NCBI RefSeq assembly: GCF_001194135.2
Contig: NC_069003.1
Location: 1,841,658 to 1,905,657 of the forward strand
DNA from: Octopus bimaculoides
Taxonomy: Eukaryota
Direction: 5' to 3'
Length of the DNA: 64,000 nt
Made by a program: the position numbers and the translations under genes. The first letter of the stretch is position 1. Each line of letters starts with the position of its first letter. The notes under the pieces were generated by a model, which had not been told where the DNA came from, searched no databases, and saw only the letters and a list, made by a program, of their open reading frames with translations. Shown here piece by piece: positions 38,881-50,119 of this stretch.

Positions 38881-41489
38881 TGGCATGAATATTTATATTA
38901 ATAATCAAAACTAATTTTAATCATTATTTCTAAATCAATTCAATACTAACGTGAATTAATAATCTTTTGATAAAAACTACAATTATCTATTATTTAAAAG
39001 TGATTTTCTATTGCAGCTTATTACTTCTACAAACGAATCCAACAATAAGCGAGATGTTATTGCTCTATAAGTCTAGAAACGAACCTTAAAATTGTGACTA
39101 TTATAATGCCAAAAAGAAAAAAAAATATAACTCATTTCTGCTTTGAGTTTTGTTGGCTTATTCATTGTCGTAATTTTTGCTTTTATGATCCATAAACTGA
39201 AGCCAAATTTTGCTCCCGGACAAAATTTGAAATCTGTCACATATTTTGTATTTTATGATGATTTCTTTCAATTCTCAATTGACAGAGTTGAACGCATTAA
39301 TTTTGTTGTTTCTTTGTAAGTCAAAAATATGCTGTTGGATATAAATCTATTGTGTGTCGTGCGATATATTTCATTGAGTCATTTTGCTTTCGCTTTGATA
39401 GCATTCCGATAGTTTTTATTTAAATCATAACATGTATACACGCAAATATACGCTCACACACACACACGTATGTATGTACGTATGTGTGTATGTAACCAGC
39501 TTTATAATCTTATTTATTGTGATCTTCATATAATCGTAATTACTTAGAGCTATCATGCCTCGACTACTCCGTTATCCCAAACAACCAATCGGATTGCGGA
39601 TTTCTTTTCAATTTCTTTTCTTTTCACTAAGATGGAAGTTCTATATTTATTCATAAGTCTTGCTATTGTCTGTTATTCTGTAAATTGAAAGAACTGTTAA
39701 TTTTGTTTCGGTTGCTGTAGATAAATATGTAGGGTAGGGGTTTGGCGGAAATGTTAGTTCTTTGGAAGAGATCGTTGCAATATTGTGGATTGACAATTTG
39801 CCTTGGAGACCACTCTCAATTCGTGATCTTGGGAAACGCGTAGAGGTTATTTCAGCGTCGGAGAGAATGCGAAGGTTAACTGTTTCGAATTGTTACGCTA
39901 TAAGCTCAAATTCCGCAATGCTTTGGCAGAGGTTTTAAATGTTGGACAGGTTGTGGATCTTTCTGATTTGGCAGACACCATTTGTTTTCTAACGAAACAC
40001 TTTCAAACTTGGGACACTTGTAGAATGTATCATATAAAACATCTTTTATTCGTAGCGTTGTTGAGAAAATTTTATATTTTTAAAGTTATTTCGTGGTAAA
40101 ATTGTCGTATTTCGATAATTTCAACCGATCACTGCTGTCTATTGAGGTGAAAACAATTACTGCTGTGGATTGTCAACAACACGTTGTGGCGGTGTAATAG
40201 AATCTTTTCCCTTGAATAAAATTAGTGCTGAGGTTTGTCTGTTTACGTGGAAAATAAATTTCGGGGCTTACTTGCCATGCAAGTAATTTGACCACGGATT
40301 GAAATCATCAAGTTTTCCCTTCATTTATACCTAGGAAGGTAATCAATATTCTTCTATATTATCGTCATCACGCCTCTTCATCCCACAAGATGGAACACCA
40401 TGAATCACCATCTCAGTTTTCTTTGCGATTATTAATTTATTATATTCTACAGTCTTATACTTTCACTTTGTTTCTAAGGTTGTCCAATTCTTAATATTTT
40501 TCGTCTTCATTATACTTCTTTCTCGTTCTTTTTCTTTCTCATTCATTTCGCATTCAATGAGCAGACTCCGTAATCCATTCTATTTTCTAATTAAGTGTCC
40601 AAAATATTTTCCTTTTCGCTTGTTGATAGTGTCTAATAAAATTTCCTTCGATTTTCTTAATATTTCATCTTTGGTTTCCTGTTGTATTATATGTATTGGC
40701 CTCAGATAACTAATAATAATAAGAGAAAATGAAAAAAAAAAAGAAAAAGTAGTGAAATATTTATTTCACAGAGAACCTAATCTGAATGCATTTGTATGTA
40801 TGATGTAGTTTTCATCCTGTTGAAGTAGTTGCTGTTTTATTTATTATTCAACCGACATCTAAACCGTTGAAGTGGCCAAGTCTTTGGAGCATCGAAGAGA
40901 ATTCTTTGCTTCATCTGTTACCAGCTGTCTGCACTCTGACGTCCAATACCAACGGTGCTATCTTTGTCCTTCATCATTCCGGATTCGATAAATAAAATAT
41001 CTCTTTCCCCACCTCTTTCTCCCTCTCTCTACATTTATCGTTCTTTCACCTCACTCTTTTTCTCCCTTTATCACTCTTTCACCTCACGCTCTCTCTCTCA
41101 CTTTCTATCGATCGATTATCTTATTCTCACACAAACACATTCGCTCTCTCTCTCGATCATTAACTCACCCTCTCTTTCCCTCAACTGGCTACTTTGCTCA
41201 TTGAGAAGCTTTGCTGAAGAATACTCGAGGAAAAATTTCTCCTGTGAAATGGACGGTAGTAGAACGATTTCTGAGACTTTTCTAAAAGCATTGAAGTGCG
41301 TTCCGGTGAAGAATTTAGAACGGGGCGGCAACCAGGCATTTCTTTTTATTTGTTCTTTTATCTGATGACAACTCATTATTTACAATAATTTGAAAATATA
41401 GAACACACTTCCTTAGTTCTTAGCCAGTTCACAAAAGTGCAAATCCTGTTGGTGTGTGTCTTGGTACTGTTCGGGGAATCTTTCTATCT

Positions 41490-41680
41490 TGGCTGCTTGA
41501 ACGATTCCACGAGAGAAACGGTTAACCTGTTTTCTTCTCTATCGAGCCCCACGTTATTTACAAGATACTGTGGGACATTTAATGGGATCTCAGGCTTCCA
41601 ATCGATACGTGAACAATTCTCTACGTTTTTGTTTAACTAAGCATTTCGCCCGGCGTGCTAACGTTTCTGCCAGCTCGCTA
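41490..41680 (-). mobile_element. Element with a family 2 head joined to a different body
   Basis: 41637-41680 (ctaagcatttcgcccggcgtgctaacgtttctgccagctcg) is a well-preserved family 2 head. The adjacent 41490-41636 does not match the family 2 core. Confidence 0.6.
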
Positions 41681-41789
41681 TATCACAACTGCGTTCAAAG
41701 CAAGCAAGAATGATATCTCCTTCCTCTTAGATTTTTTTTGGAATTAGAGTGGAATTTGCACTGTAGTACAAATAATGATGATGGTTTCA

Positions 41790-42210
41790 AAATTTGGCAC
41801 AAGGGCTGCGATATCGAGGGAATGGAGAAGATACAGCCTTCATTCTATCGACCACGTATGGTGGAAAGTTATATTTAACCGCGAATGAATTTGAACTCAA
41901 AACAAGAGGAGTCGGATGAAATACCGCTAAATCTTTTGTCTGACAGGGTAATAATCCTCCCAATATAGAACATTGATTCTAATTTTAACACAAGACAAGA
42001 TATTTCGAGGGGGAACGGGTAAGTCGAATACTTGAACCCTAGACCATGACCGCAATCCATGCTATCGACACTGAAAAGGAAAATATATAGGATTAAGTCC
42101 GTCCTCGGTCGTATTTGAACTCAAAATATACATACCCAGAAAAATACCACAAAACATTTTTTTTTTTTTTGACAGCTCTAAAATTCCTGTCAGCTCGTCA
42201 TTTTATTAAT
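41790..42210 (-). mobile_element. Two tandem decayed SINE family 2 copies
   Basis: atttgaactcaaaa occurs at about 41888 and 42114, each with flanking family-like sequence. Confidence 0.65.
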
Positions 42211-42820
42211 TTATCGCCTCCAATTAACACTTTGCAAGCACAATCATAATCAGGCTTTCATTGAATTTAGATGAATAGTAGAAAAATATAAGATAGGCCA
42301 CTCGGTACGTAACAAGTAAAATCTACGTCTATTCTATATGCACCGACAAACAACGCACGTTGAATCTGATTTCAATTAAATTTCCGTGTGAATATTATTG
42401 GTTTCTGTCAGTTTCAATAATTTTATTCTCTCTCTCCCTCCCCCTCTCTCTCCCTCNNNNNNNNNNNNNNNNNNNNNNNNNNNNNNNNNNNNNNNNNNNN
42501 NNNNNNNNNNNNNNNNNNNNNNNNNNNNNNNNNNNNNNNNNNNNNNNTATATGTCTTCAACGAAATCTTGTTTGCTTACTGTTGATGTAAACAAGATAGA
42601 GTAAAGAAAACAAGTCGTAACTATAAATATTTATTCGATAAGTGAAAAAAAAAAATTTATATTATTTAACGGACATTTCTTATTAAATGCTCTGCCTCCT
42701 TGTTTAGGAAGGAGATTTTGTTAGAAATATACTTTATTGTTATTTAAATAAAGTATATCGTATTTGTCTTATTAAAATGAATTGCATTTGTCTGGTAATT
42801 TCAATATTTATTTTCGAAAT

Positions 42821-42990
42821 GAGGCTGTGAGCTGGCGGAATCATTAGCATACTGGGTAAAATGCTTAGCGGTATTTCGTTTGTCTTTACGTTCTGAGTTC
42901 AAATTCCGCCGAGGTCGACTTTTCCTTTTATCTTTTCGGGGTTGATTAATGAAGTACCAATTGCGTACTGAGGTCGATATAATCGAACGC
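42821..42990 (+). mobile_element. SINE family 2
   Basis: gtgagctggcggaatcattagc...ttctgagttcaaattccgccgaggtcgac...gaggtcgatataatcga. Confidence 0.9.
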
Positions 42991-43555
42991 CCCCTCCCCC
43001 GCTCCCGAATGATATTTCCATACCAGAGGTTGACCCTTTGCAGTTAATTCTTGGAAATTATGTTTTTAAAATTATGGACCTATCTAAAAATGCATCTGGT
43101 CAGAGCAAAAATCTTTATTACGGCAACCATAAATCTATATTGATGTACATAGAATAACAAGTGGCCAGCAAAATCGAGCAATATTGAATTATTGATTTTT
43201 ACACAGGAATAATAAAATTCAATAATTATTTAAAACAATATCTAATAAATTAATCTTAATTACCCGTAACGAATGTATTCAGTGATAAAAAAATAATTAA
43301 CTAAAATTAAATGAATGTATACAATCCATTCTGGCTGCCATTGTGTTGTTGTTCTTTAATAACACCTAGGTCAACGTTGATTAAGCAGACCTTTCAGCAA
43401 ACTAAACCAGGCGTGACTATTCAATATGGTTTTGTCTATCATCATCTCTATTGCACAATGCAACATTCTTTATTTAATTCAGTAGAATTTGATTTGAGAG
43501 AGATTTCTCTCTAAATTGTAGCAGATCCAGTTACCTCGTTGAGATTTACTTGTCG

Positions 43556-43641
43556 CTAACAGTGTCTGTGTCTTTTTGCAGTGGATACGTTTATTGTGAT
43601 TTTGATATCAACATTGTGCAGGTTGATATCTCCCAAGAGAA
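43556..43641 (+). other. Strong 3' splice-site signature with a possible short exon
   Basis: Branch point CTAAC at 43556-43560, then tgtctgtgtctttttgcag| ending at 43581. Downstream frames are open (DTFIVILISTLCR... or GYVYCDFDINIVQ...). Candidate donors at 43622 and 43642 are weak. Confidence 0.3.
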
Positions 43642-43845
43642 GTACAGATATAAGTTGTTCTAATGTAACTAGAACTTCTATTTCTGTAAAGCAGAGTTCA
43701 AAATAGTCCGCGTGATTCGGAGCATCTAGATGGCGACATGCAGTACATATAACTACATCGAATTGGCTTATATGTATAATTGTCTGTCAATCCCCCCACC
43801 AAAAAAACGCACACATGCACACATATATATATGTATATATTTGTG

Positions 43846-44010
43846 TGTCTGTGTTTGCTCCCCACTCTCGCTTGACAACCGACGTTGGTGTGTGTACATA
43901 TCCGTAACTTAGCAGATCGGCAAAATTGACCCTTAAAATAAGTATCAGGCTTCGAGTAAAGGCGGTGCTTCAGTATGACCACAGTCAAATGACTGGAACA
44001 ATTAAAAAAG
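43846..44010 (+). mobile_element. SINE family 3, 3' half
   Basis: cgcttgacaaccgacgttggtgtg...cgtaacttagc...aaaggcggtgcttcagtatgaccacagtcaaatgactg. Confidence 0.8.
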
Positions 44011-44666
44011 CGCATATATATATATATATATACGACGGAAACTCCCGTCGTTAGGCGAGGTATGAGAGTTCGACAAGTTCTTACCGAACAACGACACATA
44101 TGATTAATATTTGTTGGAGTACTATTTATTCTATATGAAAAGTGTTGATGAAGTGCAGGAGGGACTTCACTTGTACTTCTTCGCGACTCTCCATTCTTTG
44201 CAGAGAAACGCCCTCAGGCAATCCGACATTGGGCAGACTGATGTCTTCCATATGAAGTACACGTATGTTTGTTTGTTTAAGTGTGTGTGTTTATGTAGAT
44301 ACGGAGTAAGAGAGAGTGTAAAAGAGAGACGGAGAGAAAGAGAGACAGACAGACAGACAGAAAAAGTTAGAGAGAGCAAGATAGAGAGAGAGGTTCATAA
44401 TGATAAAACTGTGGGTTCCCCTATGTTATATTTGGTAACTATATTCATAAATAGATATTCAGTTACAGGAGTGCGAGATAACCGTGCTCCACGTTTGTAT
44501 GCTTGAATATTAGACTTGTACCATATATGCCACGAAATAGTAAAAAATCACAATAAATAACCTACGTTTCAGTATGCATAGATATATATGCACGTACATT
44601 TGCGTATATATGCAGATATATATGTACGTGTGTATATATGTATATGTGTAAATATGTCCTTATAGT

Positions 44667-44719
<53 letters not shown>

Positions 44720-45096
44720 GTGTGTGTGTGTGTAGGTAGGTAGGTAGGTACATGTGTGTGTATATTAGTATGTGTATATATATATATATATATCTTTGCA
44801 TATATATACGCGTGTGTGTCTGCTTGTGCCTGCGCGCGTGTGTTTGTGTGTGTACTGGTAAAAAGATCAATGAGAAAAATAAATAACCAAAACATAGATT
44901 TCAAAAAAAAATATTTACATTTCCTACAGGGTGTTCAATATTACAGATTATCTTTTCAGTGAAAATGAGAGCCATGCTGAAGAATTCAAAGAGCTTTGAA
45001 ATTTATATCCATTAATACAGGAAAAATATCGATATATACAATATGTAAATAAAGAATGATTTGCCAGTACACATGCAGAGATAATGATATATATAC

Positions 45097-45179
<83 letters not shown>

Positions 45180-45553
45180 TCTATCTATGTATGTATATTC
45201 ACGTCACAAAATATACACTGGCAAATATGTACACCATGTTTTCATATTTTCAAGAATTCGCAGGTGTATCGTGTAAACATGTGTTTGCGTATATATACAT
45301 ATGTGTGTGTGTATGTATGTATGTATTTATGTGTGTAGATATGTTTACTTTCTACATGCGAGTACATGTGTATCACTGAAGTATGTAGTATTACATTCTT
45401 GTGCAAGAACCAGTTTCCAAAGTTAATACTAGAATCAGCACTTGGCATTGCAACTATTTGCTTGAATATACTGAAACACAAAGAATTAGGCATATTGAAA
45501 TAACACCTATCTATCTATCTATTTATCTTACTAACAATCTAGCTATATATGTA

Positions 45554-45596
<43 letters not shown>

Positions 45597-45597
<1 letters not shown>

Positions 45598-45639
45598 TAA
45601 CAGAGACACCCGGCGTCGCTCGGGATTAAAATGGTATAG

Positions 45640-45680
<41 letters not shown>

Positions 45681-47212
45681 CAGTTATGTTGAAACAGGTG
45701 AATCGGGGAAGTTCAGCATTGACGACAAAACATTTGTGGAGTAAATGATGGTCTAATTCGACTAATCGACATTTAATACATCGGAGGATTGGAGGATTCC
45801 AAGTGCTACACTATCATCTCCCTTGAGACGGACGTGCTGCGACATGCATCTGCTGACCCTGAGAAAGTCTCATCTCCTTTCTCTGTCGAGACACTAGCCT
45901 TTGTTTTCTGTAATTGTGCTCGCCTTATACGTGTTTCTGGAGGGATTTCGTCTTTTCTTTGGTGGCATATTTTTTTTTAATATTGTAAACAAAAAATTAT
46001 GAACATAGAAAAAAATATACATTAATCTCTATTTTTGTAAGTAATTGTAAATATATATTACGTCCTTATTTTTGTATGCTGTGTAAATTTATGAGATATA
46101 AGCAAATGAACGAAATAGCACATGTATGGGACTGCTAATTTAACGGTAAATGCTGCAATAATTATTACAGAGAGACAAAGAATTTTATGTCTTACCTTGC
46201 AACTTCTGCGATAATTATCATCCGGTGGTAATTGATCCGTAAATATGAATTGTTTCAAAGGAAATGAATATAAAATTTTGTATTGACACTGGCCAACTCA
46301 CACTTCACGCATGTCAGTCGTCCACAAAGTATATAGAACTAGCAACAAACAACAAGGAGAAAGAGACGAAAATAAAATAACACGTGTCAACATTTATTTT
46401 TCTTAAAACGTTCAATGACGTTAACTGGAATGTGGGGTTCCAGTAGACGTCATTCCACCTTTTGATTTATCGTTACCATTCTTTTCGTTTGAGTTTATTT
46501 TTCATCCACTTTTGTATTTTTCTGTCCTTGTGTTGTTCCCTCTGCGTTTCGAACCTGTGTGGTTAATAAAAAAATTAAGTCGTCAGGTATGTATATGAAT
46601 GTATAGATGTGTATGCGTGTGTATGTGTTTAATAACGTACCGTATATAGAATGTCTGCACTTTAGTATGCAGTATAAATTAAGGAAATAGAAGCACTTGT
46701 ACAGAGAGACAAAGAATTTTATATTTTACCTGCCAACCTTGCAACTGCTGCGATAATTATTAATCGGTGATGGAACAGTAAATGTATTTGTTTTAAAGGA
46801 AATGAAAATAAAATTTCGTATTGACACTTCAGTCGTCAGGTATGTATGCGTAGACCTGTGAGTGTTTAATAACTTACCGTGATAATATGTCTGTATTTTC
46901 GTATGCAGTGTAAATTAACCCCCCAAAAATTACAGTATCGCAATGTGATTGTTTCAGTTTTGATACTGAAACAGTGGAAAAGTTTCATTTTCAAAGTGAA
47001 AGTATTTGACATGAGTGCTTTTGTTTCACTTTTGACACGTAATACTTAAATAGCGGAGGAGATATTATGTTGCTGTGGGCTCGAACTATGCAAGAAGTTA
47101 AAAATGTTTACTGACTAAAACACAACCGGGACCCTAAGTAAGGCATGTGTAACATTTGAATGAAATTGGTCGTGTAGTTCTGGAGATTTAGGGATTCACA
47201 CACACATTCACT

Positions 47213-47243
<31 letters not shown>

Positions 47244-47292
47244 ACACACAGATACACAGACATACATTCTAATTTTCATATATATATATAGA
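45597..47292 (-). mobile_element. Probable non-autonomous Helitron
   Basis: Minus-strand 5' end A|TC-TATATATA... at 47292 followed by a (TG)n block. The 3' end has a GC hairpin CCCGAGCGACGCCGGG (45609-45624) 12 nt before TTAG|T (one mismatch to CTAG). The target is AT, with no TSD. That both ends belong to one element is inferred. Confidence 0.62.
46060..46920. repeat. Diverged ~253-bp tandem duplication (2-3 partial copies)
   Basis: tacagagagacaaagaattttat at 46166 and 46700; gtattgacact at 46280 and 46818; gtcgtcaggtatgtat at 46579 and 46832. Confidence 0.85.
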
Positions 47293-47299
47293 TATATAT

Positions 47300-47465
47300 A
47301 CAATGGGCTTCTGTCAGTTTCCGCGTACTTGTTCCACACATAATGATTTGGTCGGCCCGAGGCTATAGGCCTATAGTAGAAGAAAATTACCCAAGGTGTC
47401 CGCAGTGGGACTGAACCTGGAAACATGTGGTTGGTAAGCAGACATACCGCGCAGCCGATTCTGCA
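47300..47465 (-). mobile_element. SINE family 3, 5' half
   Basis: ggtcggcccgaggctatag...ccaaggtg..cgcagtgggactgaacc..aaacatgtggttggtaagc. Confidence 0.85.
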
Positions 47466-47496
47466 TCTATATGCCACACAGCTACTCCTGCGCCCG

Positions 47497-47545
<49 letters not shown>

Positions 47546-47788
47546 GGAGTGGCTGTGTGGTAAGTAGCTTGCCTACCAACCACATGGTTCCGGGTTCAGT
47601 CCCACTGCGTGGCACCTTGGGCAAGTGTCTCCAACTATAGCCTCGGGCCGACCAAAGCCTTGTGAGTGGATTTGGTAGACGGAAACTGAAAGAAGCCCGT
47701 CGTATATATGTATATATATGTGTCTGTGTTTGTCCCCCTAGCATTGCTTGACAACCGATGCTGGTGTGTTTACGTCCCCGTAACTTAG
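47546..47788 (+). mobile_element. SINE family 3, least-diverged copy, running into a gap
   Basis: A-box-like TGGCTGTGTGG and B-box-like GGTTCAGTCCC, followed by ccttgggcaagtg and the family body. Confidence 0.9.
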
Positions 47789-48762
47789 NNNNNNNNNNNN
47801 NNNNNNNNNNNNNNNNNNNNNNNNNNNNNNNNNNNNNNNNNNNNNNNNNNNNNNNNNNNNNNNNNNNNNNNNNNNNNNNNNNNNNNNNNNNNNNNNNNNN
47901 NNNNNNNNNNNNNNNNNNNNNNNNNNNNNNNNNNNNNNNNNNNNNNNNNNNNNNNNNNNNNNNNNNNNNNNNNNNNNNNNNNNNNNNNNNNNNNNNNNNN
48001 NNNNNNNNNNNNNNNNNNNNNNNNNNNNNNNNNNNNNNNNNNNNNNNNNNNNNNNNNNNNNNNNNNNNNNNNNNNNNNNNNNNNNNNNNNNNNNNNNNNN
48101 NNNNNNNNNNNNNNNNNNNNNNNNNNNNNNNNNNNNNNNNNNNNNNNNNNNNNNNNNNNNNNNNNNNNNNNNNNNNNNNNNNNNNNNNNNNNNNNNNNNN
48201 NNNNNNNNNNNNNNNNNNNNNNNNNNNNNNNNNNNNNNNNNNNNNNNNNNNNNNNNNNNNNNNNNNNNNNNNNNNNNNNNNNNNNNNNNNNNNNNNNNNN
48301 NNNNNNNNNNNNNNNNNNNNNNNNNNNNNNNNNNNNNNNNNNNNNNNNNNNNNNNNNNNNNNNNNNNNNNNNNNNNNNNNNNNNNNNNNNNNNNNNNNNN
48401 NNNNNNNNNNNNNNNNNNNNNNNNNNNNNNNNNNNNNNNNNNNNNNNNNNNNNNNNNNNNNNNNNNNNNNNNNNNNNNNNNNNNNNNNNNNNNNNNNNNN
48501 NNNNNNNNNNNNNNNNNNNNNNNNNNNNNNNNNNNNNNNNNNNNNNNNNNNNNNNNNNNNNNNNNNNNNNNNNNNNNNNNNNNNNNNNNNNNNNNNNNNN
48601 NNNNNNNNNNNNNNNNNNNNNNNNNNNNNNNNNNNNNNNNNNNNNNNNNNNNNNNNNNNNNNNNNNNNNNNNNNNNNNNNNNNNNNNNNNNNNNNNNNNN
48701 NNNNNNNNNNNNNNNNNNNNNNNNNNNNNNNNNNNNNNNNNNNNNNNNNNNNNNNNNNNNNN
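47789..48762. other. Largest assembly gap (N-run)
   Basis: Other gaps: 3330-3823, 8648-8664, 9666-9775, 18716-19188, 21638-21922, 22996-23475, 27139-27502, 28872-29014, 34321-34420, 35874-36239, 42457-42547, 52929-52938, 57917-58037. Confidence 0.99.
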
Positions 48763-49592
48763 TATAACTGTATATAAATACATAGATAATGCGTATGAAA
48801 GTATTTATCATGTGAATAAAAAAAAGCGTTTGATAAAATTACTAATCTCTAGGGTTTTTTATGAATATCTTTCTCTGTCACTCTCTTTCATCATTCTCTC
48901 TCATTTCCTATATACTCTCATATACACACGTACGCACACGTATACATACATCGAAAAGGAAAGATAGAGCGATAGGGAAGGTGAGCGAATAAACGGGAGA
49001 TCATGTGATTGTGTGTGTAAGAGTAAAATTAAAAAAAAAAAAACAATGAGAATCATATTCATAGCAGGAGATTGCGACTAAGCGAATTCCAGTTGGCGAA
49101 AATGGACTATGCCTTACGTAGAAATTTTAATGAATAGATGGATTTGTTTGTATATATATATATATATATATATACACGATATCTATGCCCAATAGATGAA
49201 AGATGAACAAATACAGCTTTCAACATGGAACAGAAGAAAAAATAAAAATTGTATATTCTGATGAGCTAAATTTATGATAAATGTTCTACCATTTTGAACA
49301 TGACGTCTGCTTATGAAAAATATAAAAACGTTTGTATTCTAATCACACCACCGGGAAAGTTTACGTCATAAAAGATAGGCTTCACATACTTGCAAATATA
49401 TTTCTAGAAAGAGAAAAAAAAATATATGCAATTATAAGGCACATCTCCTCTGGTTATGTGTATATCTGTGCGCGTGTATGTGCATTCAATTGTGTGTTCA
49501 TATGTGCCTACGTATGGAAACACACACACACACACAGACATGTATATATACGCGCGTATATGTGTGTTTTATATAAGTATTTTTACTTGCAA

Positions 49593-49623
<31 letters not shown>

Positions 49624-50082
49624 CAGAGAGAGAGAGAGAGAGAGAAAGAGAAACACAAGTATATGTGTATACAAGTTAAAGTGTGTGTCTGTGTGTGCGT
49701 GTGTAGATATATTTATATATACAAATATGTATATGTGAATTTATACATATATAAATAATCATATATATATATGTACATGTATGTGTGTGCTAAAATGTGT
49801 GTTTATGAGGGAATATATGTATGTTTGTTTTTATATGGCTTCTTTCAAAAAAATAACATTTATTAAGTAAAATTCGCTTATATTGATAAATCTGTGCACA
49901 AAGGAATATGGAACAGTAAAATGAATTGAATGTATGTATGTACATGTGCCGTTATCTAACTTTATTTAGCACGCATACATACTCACATCTAAAGATACAC
50001 AAATGTAGATAGTTGCATATATATGTAGATATGTATAATTACACACGTGCGCACAAACACACACACACACAGACACACACAC

Positions 50083-50119
<37 letters not shown>

